Source: Eledone cirrhosa (taxonomy: Eukaryota). Taken from it: DNA of 64,000 bases. The translations under genes were made by a program, and so were the position numbers. Position 1 is the first letter of the stretch, and every line of letters starts with the position of its first letter. The stretch lies in contig OZ024742.1 in the NCBI GenBank assembly GCA_964016885.1, forward strand, positions 43,586,001 to 43,650,000. Direction: 5' to 3'. Positions 47,325 through 61,930 of the stretch are shown piece after piece. The notes below the pieces were generated by a model. The model was given only the letters and a program-made list of their open reading frames with translations, made no database searches and was not told where the DNA came from.

Positions 47325-47904
47325 CCATATGTTGAATTAAAAACATTTTGAAGACCATACGCTATTGGTTTTAAAGTAGTGACTATGTCACTTACTTCTT
47401 TTTGGCGAAAGAAGCTAACAGTCTGTTTCATGCTATTTGGCGATCATTAGAACCATGCACTCCCTCTTCCGCCGAAAATTATAGAAGTTAGTTTCTCTCC
47501 CTTCTTTCGCTGAAAAGAAGTAAGTGACATAGTCACTACTTTAAAACCAATAGTGTATGGTCTTCAAAATGTTTTTAATTAAACATACTGTATATTGCCA
47601 AATATACTATATATACATTCATGTTTACATCGCTATTTCAGAGCACCAATCCTAATACCTAATTTTTGCTAGACCAGCAATCGCTCTATATAATCAGCTC
47701 CTGATTATTACTGGAATTCTATAAGAATCCAGCTTCTATAATTTTCAGTGGAAGAGGGAGATCGTGGCTCTGATGATCGCCAAACAGCGTGAAACAGACT
47801 GTTAGCTTCTCTCCCTTCTTTTGCTGAAAAGAAGTAAGTGACATAGTCACTACTTTAAAGCTGATAGCGTATGGTCTTCAAAATGTGTTTAATTAAACAT
47901 ACGG
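47325..47904 (+). mobile_element. Non-autonomous hammerhead-bearing foldback (PLE pLTR type)
   Basis: Inverted arms 47325-47487 vs 47733-47904, plus a partial third arm at 47488-47590. Confidence 0.75.
47766..47807 (+). ncRNA. Minimal type I hammerhead ribozyme
   Basis: GGCT-CTGATGA-TCGC-CAAACA-GCGT-GAAAC-AGACT-GTT-AGCT; distal stem I GAGGGAG/CTCCCTT; inverted copy at 47413-47454 has CTAATGA. Confidence 0.72.
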
Positions 47905-47935
47905 TTTATTGCTGTACTCGTTCCTATATATATAC

Positions 47936-47984
<49 letters not shown>

Positions 47985-48004
47985 CATATACATATATATA
48001 CATG

Positions 48005-48072
48005 CGGTGCCCCAGCATCAAGGGCGGTGCCCCAGCATGGCCTCAGCCGGATGGCTGAAACAGGTAAAAGAG
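48005..48072 (+). mobile_element. SINE-like 3' tail fragment in the microsatellite
   Basis: GGCGGTGCCCCAGCATGGCC...GCTGAAACAGGTAAAAGA; similar to 8326-8376. Confidence 0.55.
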
Positions 48073-48182
48073 ATATACATATATATACATATATATACAT
48101 ATATATATATATATACATATATATATACATATATATACATATATATATACATATATATACATATATATATATATATACATAC

Positions 48183-48217
<35 letters not shown>

Positions 48218-48270
48218 CATATATACATATATATACATATATACATATATACATATATATACATATATAC

Positions 48271-48301
<31 letters not shown>

Positions 48302-48394
48302 CACATATATATATATATACACATATATATATATATACATATATATATATACATATATATATATACATATATATATATACATATATATATATAC

Positions 48395-48439
<45 letters not shown>

Positions 48440-48440
48440 C

Positions 48441-48471
<31 letters not shown>

Positions 48472-48472
48472 C

Positions 48473-48553
<81 letters not shown>

Positions 48554-48596
48554 CATATATATATATACATATATATATATACATATATATATATAC

Positions 48597-48641
<45 letters not shown>

Positions 48642-48642
48642 C

Positions 48643-48907
<265 letters not shown>

Positions 48908-48928
48908 CATATATACATATATATATAT

Positions 48929-48993
<65 letters not shown>

Positions 48994-49012
48994 CATATAT
49001 ACATATATATAT

Positions 49013-49077
<65 letters not shown>

Positions 49078-49094
49078 CATATATACATATATAC

Positions 49095-49210
<116 letters not shown>

Positions 49211-49645
49211 GGTGGCTGCCAACTCGTTTTCGAGTACGGCCACTACTTTATATCCATGTAGGAGAACCCCTACTGATGCGCTGAACGAGTGTGACTTTTT
49301 AGTCCAGCCAGCGACTTGAAAACTTTGGTACAAACACTACACTTGTGACAATTACTGACACATAGTGCTGGGCCCATGGTACCCTGTGATGACAAGTGCA
49401 GAGAGATCTCCAGGTATAAAGCAATGCCTGTGCCGTGAAGCTTTTATAGTGAGCAAAGGCACTGCACAAAGCCAGTCCCACTCTCTTAACCAAGATGATA
49501 TTTACCAAAAAGAAGAACAAGTCAACATCATTGGATACCATCAGGGTTGCAGGTGTTATATCAGAGTTTTCCTTCTCCTAGAATTCTGCCTTGACAAAGG
49601 CTAAGGGGTCATCTCTCCCGGTGATTTTGGATGGCCATTGACTCT
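49211..49645 (-). mobile_element. Short bipartite RTE-derived element
   Basis: Minus strand: CTAGGAGAAGGAAAACTCTGA near the 5' end, then [23 protein letters not shown] (49270-49341), CTCG-AAAA-CGAG hairpin, then TA tail. Confidence 0.65.
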
Positions 49646-49650
49646 ATATG

Positions 49651-49732
<82 letters not shown>

Positions 49733-49733
49733 C

Positions 49734-49848
<115 letters not shown>

Positions 49849-49857
49849 CATATATAC

Positions 49858-49927
<70 letters not shown>

Positions 49928-49935
49928 ATATATAC

Positions 49936-50002
<67 letters not shown>

Positions 50003-50018
50003 CATATATATACATACA

Positions 50019-50066
<48 letters not shown>

Positions 50067-50203
50067 CATACATATACATATATACATATATATACATATA
50101 TATACATATATATACATATATATATATATACATATATATATATACATATATATATATATACATATATATATATACATATATATATATACATATATATATA
50201 TAC

Positions 50204-50234
<31 letters not shown>

Positions 50235-50309
50235 CATATATATACATATACATACATATACATATATATATATATACATATACATACATATATATACATA
50301 TATATACAT

Positions 50310-50351
<42 letters not shown>

Positions 50352-50441
50352 ATACATATATATACATATATATACATATATACATATATATACATATATA
50401 TACATATATATACATATATATACATATATATATATATATAC

Positions 50442-50474
<33 letters not shown>

Positions 50475-50481
50475 CATATAT

Positions 50482-50524
<43 letters not shown>

Positions 50525-50621
50525 TATACATATATATATATATATACATATATATACATATACATACATATATATACATATATATATATATACATATATA
50601 TACATATATATATATATATAC

Positions 50622-50696
<75 letters not shown>

Positions 50697-50715
50697 CACA
50701 TACATATATATATAT

Positions 50716-50790
<75 letters not shown>

Positions 50791-50890
50791 CATATATATC
50801 TATATATATACATATATATCTATATATATACATATATATATATATATATACATATATTTATATATATATATACATATATATACATATACA

Positions 50891-50930
<40 letters not shown>

Positions 50931-50941
50931 CATATATATAC

Positions 50942-51003
<62 letters not shown>

Positions 51004-51012
51004 ATATATACA

Positions 51013-51114
51013 TAGTAAAACCTACTACAGTCAGTAGGCATCTCTAACAAAATACACCCCCGTCCCACCTCCCCCACCCCATCCACACCGCCCCTTTCAA
51101 TGTAAAGTTATGTT
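51013..51114 (+). mobile_element. RTE family A-like 3' UTR fragment
   Basis: TAGTAAAACCTACTACAGTCAGTAGGCATCTCTAAC..., matches 60911-61016 and is duplicated at 57460-57563. Confidence 0.85.
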
Positions 51115-51388
51115 ATATACATACATATATACATATATATATATATACATACATATATATATATACATATATATAAATACATACATATATACATACATAT
51201 ATATATATATATACATATATATATACATATATATATACATACATATATATATACATATATATACATATATATATATATACATACATATATATATATATAT
51301 ACATACATATATATACATATATATATATACATATATATATATACATACATATATATATATATACATATATATATATACATATATATAC

Positions 51389-51439
<51 letters not shown>

Positions 51440-51582
51440 CATATATATATACATATATATATACATATATACATATATATATATACACATATATATATTC
51501 ATATATATATACATATATATACATATATATATATATACATATATATATACATATATATATACATATATATATACATATATAT

Positions 51583-51705
<123 letters not shown>

Positions 51706-51758
51706 TATATATACATATATATAAATATATACATATATATATATATATATATACATAC

Positions 51759-51793
<35 letters not shown>

Positions 51794-51812
51794 AATATAT
51801 ATATACATATAC

Positions 51813-51849
<37 letters not shown>

Positions 51850-51896
51850 AATATATATATACATATACATATATATATATACATATATACATATAC

Positions 51897-51929
<33 letters not shown>

Positions 51930-51988
51930 CATATATATACATATATATATATATACATATATATATACATATATATATACATATATAT

Positions 51989-52117
<129 letters not shown>

Positions 52118-52170
52118 TATATATATACATATATATAAATATATACATATATATATATATATATACATAC

Positions 52171-52205
<35 letters not shown>

Positions 52206-52252
52206 AATATATATATACATATACATATATATATATACATATATACATATAC

Positions 52253-52339
<87 letters not shown>

Positions 52340-52733
52340 CATATATATACATATATATACATATATATATATATATACATATCATCATCATCATCATCAA
52401 CGTTTAACGTCCGTGTTCCACGCTTGCATGGGTTTGGACGGGGGTAGTCCCACTTGAGGCAAGAGTGATTGTCTTGCTCGCATAGGACTGTCTGGCAGGT
52501 TTTCTACAGTTGGATGCCCTTCCTAACACCAACCACATTTACAGTGTGGGTCTGGGAGGTTTTTACCGTGTTGCCTACACGGCCACATTACAGCGTGGAC
52601 TGTGTGTTTTTTTGTCGTGACACCTACACGATCTCATTTGTTTCGGCCTGGATGGCGCGGCACCAACATAACTTTACATAGAACGGGGTGGTGTGGATGG
52701 GGTGGGGGTGGTGGCGGGACGGGGTGTAGTTTG

Positions 52734-55700
52734 TTAGAGATGCCTACTGGCAAGGCGGGTCTTCTCTGTTACTGAGTACCGCCAAAGGTCACGGTCCAGT
52801 GACATTGTCTTGGAGAGGTGTAAGTGTGTGAGGTCGGAGTTTATCAGCTCATCCCATGTTTTTCTAGGTCTGCCTATTCCGTGGCTACCGTCTATCTTTA
52901 TTGCCCTGCACTTTGTAATACAGCTATCGACTTTCATGCGCATCACGTGTCCATACCAACGCAGCCTTCTCTCGAGTAAACAACATCTGATCCCTCTTAT
53001 CTCTAATTTTTTCCTTAGTTCGTTTATGCTTTGCCGTTCACGTATATTACTGTTACACATCCAGCGGAGCATGCAAGCTTCGTTCCTCTCTAGTCTGCGT
53101 ATATCCTCTGCACACAATGCCCAGGTCTCACTACCATGCAACATTGCTGTTCGTATGCAGGCATCGTACAACCTGCCTTTCATTTTTAGGGAGAACCCTT
53201 TAGCAGCTAATAGTGGTATAAGCTCTCTGAACTTTTTCCAACCAGTTCTGACTCTAGCTACAGTACTTTCAGAGCACCCTTCCCCACTGCTGATTTTATC
53301 GCCCAGGTAACGGAAGCTGTCCACTATTTCTATAGAACCCTCTGCGCAATTGAAAGAGCTAGTATTTTGTGGGCACTTGCTGCTACTTATTGCACCAGAA
53401 CACCGGCCACATGTAAAGTCTATGTTCTTAGTTAGCTTACCTGTGATCCCACTACATCTTTTATGCACCCATACTTTGCATTTAGGACATAAGATGGAGT
53501 TTCTACCTACGCCTTTCCTACATACCGAGCACGACCATTTCTCAGAAGGGACCGCCGCCTTGTTTTCTTTCCTACAAACTAGAACTTTGGTCTTAGCCAG
53601 GTTAATTTTAAGTCCTTTTGACTCTAGGCCGTGCTTCCATGTTTGGAATTTCTTCTCTAGCTCGGCCATTGATTCCGCTATGAGTGTCAGGTCGTCTGCG
53701 TATAGGAGTTCCCATGGGCAGCCTGTCTTGAACTCCTCTGTTATAGCCTGAAGGGCAATAATAAATAGTAGGGGGCTGAGAACAGAGCCCTGATGGACGC
53801 CAACTTTTACGCTAAACTCTTCACTATATTCGTTGTTAATTCTAACCTTGCTGACTGTTTCTTTATACATGGCTTGTATAGCCCTCACAAGCCATTCGTC
53901 AACGCCTAGTTTTCTAAGAGCCCACCAGATAATGGAGCGGGGGACTCTGTCGAAGGCTTTCTCCAGGTCGACAAAAGCTAAGTAGAGGGGTTTACCTTTA
54001 GCTAGGTACTTCTCCTGTAGTTGTCGTACTATGAAAAGAGCGTCTGTGGTGCTTTTGCCTGACACAAACCCGAACTGCATTTCATCTAGATCAATTCTCT
54101 CTCTGATTAGTTGCGCTATTACTTTTTCCGTGACCTTCATGACCTGGTCGATTAATTTAATGCCTCTATAGTTACTCCTATCTAGGGCGTCTCCTTTACC
54201 CTTATAACAGTTAACGATGATGCTGCTATGCCAGTCCTTCGGAACAACCCCATTCTGTACGACTTGGTTAACTATGCGGGTGACCATGGTGTGTCCCACC
54301 GTGCCAGATGCCTTCAGCATCTCAGCAACTATTTCCGAAGGCCCAGCCGCCTTACCAGTCTTCATATCCTTGATTGCCTTACTTATTATACTCCCCTCGA
54401 CTAACACTGCTGGTCCCTCTATCGGGTCGATATGGGGGAGACTGTCTTTCTCCCATTTATTCTCCTCATTTAGTAGCCTTTCATAGTGACACTTCCAAGC
54501 TACCTTCTTATCAGTGTCGGTGATGGCAAGTATGCCATCATCGTTAAGTACACACTTCTCCCCGACAATATCACGGTTTTCCTTGACGCATTGCCTGGCA
54601 ATCCTGAACACCTCACGTTTTTGGTCATCGCGTTGTAGAACATGCTTGAACTTTCTTTCCTCAGCTTCCCTTCTTGCTAAGTACACTTCTCTCCTAGCTT
54701 CCCTCCTGGCCACTTGATAGTCTACTCTACTTCCCCCATCCCGCCATACTTTCCAAGCCTGCTTTTTGGCCTTAATTGACCCCTCCACCCTATTGTTCCA
54801 CCACCATGTTACTCTCCTCCTGCCTACAGGCCTGCTCCAGCCACAGACTTCGTCTGTCGCCAACAGCAGGTTTGCTTTCAGAAATTTCCACTGTCCCTCT
54901 ATATTGTCCGATTCTAGATGCTCTTCCTTACTGTCGAAAGCATCAAGTAATATGCTTTGAAATTTATTTCTGGCTGTGGGGTCCTTTAGTTTCCATATTT
55001 TCCTCCTGAGGATAGTCCTCTTCTGCTGTCGGGTACGTCTCGTCCTGACTGTGAGGTCGCTAATTATCAGTCTATGTTGGGAGGTGCATTCTTCATGGGG
55101 GAGGGATTTAGTGTTTACAACAGACACTCTGTCACGTCTTCTGGTAAGGATATAATCTACCTGGCTTGTGTGTTCCCCGGATCTATAGGTAATCAGGTGA
55201 TTGTCACGTTTTTTGAAGTTAGTGTTACAGATAGTTAGGTTATTTGCATCACAGTATTCCAGAATTCTGGAGCCTTCCTCATTTCTAGTACCAAACCCAT
55301 AGCCTCCATGGATTTCGTCGTAGCCGTCACAATGTTGTCCAACGTGACCATTTAGGTCGCCTGCAATAATTATATAGTCACTGTCAGATATTTGGGAGGT
55401 AGTTAGCAACAGTGTCTCATAGAATCTGTCTTTTATAGTGCCGGGCAGTCCGGATTGGGGTGCGTACGCAGATATTACTGTCACCGTAGTTCTATTGAGG
55501 ACAAGTCTTATTTTAATTATTCTGTCGTTCACTCTATTTACGTCTATTATCTTATCTGCCCACTTTTCTGCTACCATGATTCCTACTCCACCCAGCCCAT
55601 CGTCGTTTCCCACCCAGAAAAGCTTATAACATCGTTTTTTACCCTCAATGAATCTAGCAGACCCACCCCTCCACCTGGTCTCTTGAATACAACAAACATC

Positions 55701-56012
55701 GACCTCCTTACGTTCAAGCATTTCTACAACCTCGTTAGCGCGACCCTTTAGGGTGCCTACATTTATGGTACCAACTCTGAAGTTTTGGGTTGCGTTTGGA
55801 GGGTGGGGGTGGTGGGGGGCGGGAGGAGATAGGGTTATGTTAGCCATCCGCGGACGAAACAAAGAGGAGTGCTCGCATTCTCGTCCACGAGGTGAATTTG
55901 ACTTTAACTTTGGCATTTTCGCTCTGGGCGTCCAGATTTTTCTCTCCCTTCCACTCTCCAGGATTCCGCAGTCCGTCCGTCCATCCATCCATCCATCATA
56001 TATCGAAGGCAA
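52734..56012 (-). CDS. RTE ORF: APE endonuclease plus reverse transcriptase with embedded PHD-type finger
   Basis: APE motifs TINVGTL, CIQET, SAYAP, GDLNGH, VDYIL, SQH; RT motifs [35 protein letters not shown]. Track start is TTG; true start may be a later ATG. Confidence 0.95.
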   Translation of the reverse strand: MPSIYDGWMDGRTDCGILESGRERKIWTPRAKMPKLKSNSPRGRECEHSSLFRPRMANITLSPPAPHHPHPPNATQNFRVGTINVGTLKGRANEVVEMLERKEVDVCCIQETRWRGGSARFIEGKKRCYKLFWVGNDDGLGGVGIMVAEKWADKIIDVNRVNDRIIKIRLVLNRTTVTVISAYAPQSGLPGTIKDRFYETLLLTTSQISDSDYIIIAGDLNGHVGQHCDGYDEIHGGYGFGTRNEEGSRILEYCDANNLTICNTNFKKRDNHLITYRSGEHTSQVDYILTRRRDRVSVVNTKSLPHEECTSQHRLIISDLTVRTRRTRQQKRTILRRKIWKLKDPTARNKFQSILLDAFDSKEEHLESDNIEGQWKFLKANLLLATDEVCGWSRPVGRRRVTWWWNNRVEGSIKAKKQAWKVWRDGGSRVDYQVARREARREVYLARREAEERKFKHVLQRDDQKREVFRIARQCVKENRDIVGEKCVLNDDGILAITDTDKKVAWKCHYERLLNEENKWEKDSLPHIDPIEGPAVLVEGSIISKAIKDMKTGKAAGPSEIVAEMLKASGTVGHTMVTRIVNQVVQNGVVPKDWHSSIIVNCYKGKGDALDRSNYRGIKLIDQVMKVTEKVIAQLIRERIDLDEMQFGFVSGKSTTDALFIVRQLQEKYLAKGKPLYLAFVDLEKAFDRVPRSIIWWALRKLGVDEWLVRAIQAMYKETVSKVRINNEYSEEFSVKVGVHQGSVLSPLLFIIALQAITEEFKTGCPWELLYADDLTLIAESMAELEKKFQTWKHGLESKGLKINLAKTKVLVCRKENKAAVPSEKWSCSVCRKGVGRNSILCPKCKVWVHKRCSGITGKLTKNIDFTCGRCSGAISSSKCPQNTSSFNCAEGSIEIVDSFRYLGDKISSGEGCSESTVARVRTGWKKFRELIPLLAAKGFSLKMKGRLYDACIRTAMLHGSETWALCAEDIRRLERNEACMLRWMCNSNIRERQSINELRKKLEIRGIRCCLLERRLRWYGHVMRMKVDSCITKCRAIKIDGSHGIGRPRKTWDELINSDLTHLHLSKTMSLDRDLWRYSVTEKTRLASRHL

Positions 56013-56032
56013 CCGGGCAAGCGATAGTATAG

Positions 56033-56180
56033 GCCTCTGGCTTATGATTTGGTCCGCGTAATAATAATAATGGTGATGCGTGGGGGTGGGGGTCTCTGGC
56101 TTATAATAATGGTGGTGATGCGGGGGGGGGCTCTGGCTTATGATTGGTCCACGTATTAAGTATGGTGGCGTGTGGGGGCG
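56033..56180 (-). repeat. Three imperfect repeats in the RTE 5' UTR
   Basis: CTCTGGCTTAT...ATGGTG..GCG..GGGGG at about 56035, 56094 and 56131. Confidence 0.7.
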
Positions 56181-56505
56181 GGAGGGAGGGGTGTGGGGTA
56201 GCTAGCTGGAAGGTTATGAATGTTTAACAAGCGATTTAACAAAAAGCAAAACTGCAAGATTTGTTCTGTTCAATACGACAAAAACACCGTATTTAAACCT
56301 TAAATAGATAACAAAAATACAGATTTCGGATTTTGCGAGATTGGATGTTTGTTTGGACTATGTACGAAATTGAGCGTGGAAATGGAGAGAAGAATTGTAC
56401 TTTACGATTTTACATGAGTCCATCATAGAAATAATTGAAGCAGCGGTGGGTTGGCGAAAGTGAATACATATATATATATATATACATATATATACATATA
56501 GTGAA

Positions 56506-56620
56506 GGCGTGTGGCTGAGTGGTTGGGAAATTGGATTCGCAATCGTAAGGTTGTGAGTTCGATTCCTAGACCAGGCGATGCGTTATGTCCTTGAGCAAGA
56601 CACTTTATTTCACGTTGCTC
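56506..56620 (+). mobile_element. CORE-like tRNA SINE head
   Basis: TGGCTGAGTGG, GAGTTCGATTCC, GTCCTTGAGCAAGACACTTTATTTCACGTTGCTCC. Confidence 0.8.
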
Positions 56621-56722
56621 CTTCTACCTGGATTTGCGACCGATAGATAGTATTAGCAATTGGAAAGACCAACGGAAACATTGTTCCCTCGGTCCGATTT
56701 GACAAAAAAGTCGATCGTTCCT

Positions 56723-57836
<1,114 letters not shown>

Positions 57837-59047
57837 ATCATCATCATCATCATCATCACCGTTTTACGTCCGTTCTTCCACGCTAGCATGGGTTAGACGG
57901 GTTGTCCTGTTGTGGGCAGTGTCTGGTCGGCTGACCATGCCTTGCTAATACAGGAACTGATCTGGCTTGATTTCTACAGCTGGATGCCCTTCCTAACACC
58001 AACCTCATTTACAGTGAGTGCTGGGTGCTTTTTCGTGGCGCCTACACGTCCACTTTACAGTGTGGGCTGGGTGCTTTTTTGCCGTGGCACCTCCACGACC
58101 ACCTTGCGGTGGGGGGGGGGGCATATTGTTTATATGCTTCAGCATGTACCCATGGGAGGTCGGGTACCCTGTATTACTGCGTGACGCCAGAAGTCACGGT
58201 CGTGTGTCATTGACTTTGAGAGGTGTAGTTGGGTAAGGTCGGCTTTTATCACCTCATCCCAAGTCATCTTGGGTCTCCCCACTCCGCGGTTTCCATCAAC
58301 TTCTAGTGCTCTGCACCTTTTTATGCAGCTGTCATCCTTCATACGCATCACATGTCCATACCAGCGTAACCGCCTCTCCTGCACGCAGCATTTGATTCCT
58401 CTTATGCTCAGTCTCTCTCTCAATTCATTTATGCTTTGTCGTTCACGTATATTACTGTTACACATCCATCGGAGCATGCAGGCTTCGTTTCTCTCTAATC
58501 TACGTAAGTCTTCCACCTTCAGCGCCCAGGTCTCACTACCATGCAACATCGCTGTTCGGATACACGCATCATACAGTCTGCCTTTCATTCTGAGGGAGAA
58601 GCCTTTTGCAGCTAGCAGTGGTAGTAGTTCCCTAAACTTCTTCCATCCCGTTCTTACCCTAGTTATTGTACTTTCTGAGCACCCACCTCCGTTGCTAATT
58701 CGGTCACCTAGGTAGCAGAAGCTGTCTACTGTTTCTACAGGGCCCTCCCAGAGATTGGTGGTACTTGTTTCCTGTGGCTGTTTGCTTGCTGTTTCAGCAC
58801 AGCTGCTGCATGTGAATCCTACATTCTTAATTAAGCTTCCTGAGATCCCGCTACATCTCTTGTGTACCCATTGTTTGCATTTGGGGCAAAGAATGGAGTT
58901 CCTACCTACACCTTTCCTACATACTGAGCAAGGCCATTTCCCTGAGGGGATCTGGGTTCTGTTTTCTCGTCTACTTATAAGGACCTTAGTCTTTGTCATG
59001 TTGACTTTGAGGCCCTTTCTCTCTAGTCCCTGCTTCCAGGTTTGGAA
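57837..59047 (-). mobile_element. 5'-truncated RTE family B, open frame
   Basis: ORF 58139-59047 [16 protein letters not shown]...PHD finger...HGSETW...RLRWYGH; 3' UTR; (GAT)n tail. Confidence 0.95.
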
Positions 59048-61925
<2,878 letters not shown>

Positions 61926-61930
61926 GAAAT

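Larger units (their letters stand above)
52381..56464 (-). mobile_element. Apparently full-length RTE LINE (family A), about 4.1 kb
   Basis: About 450-600 nt 5' UTR starting at a TTCACTTT initiator-like motif, single intact ORF, about 350-nt 3' UTR, (GAT)n tail. Confidence 0.95.

Noticed and set aside
52810-56061. Plus-strand ORFs overlapping the RTE ORF (also 7075-7788, 58269-58715, 59900-60715)
   Set aside because: Antisense shadows of RTE coding sequence with no independent motifs
56506-56580. tRNA gene (also the other A/B-box hits)
   Set aside because: A and B boxes run into SINE body sequence, copies are multiple and diverged, and no full cloverleaf was found
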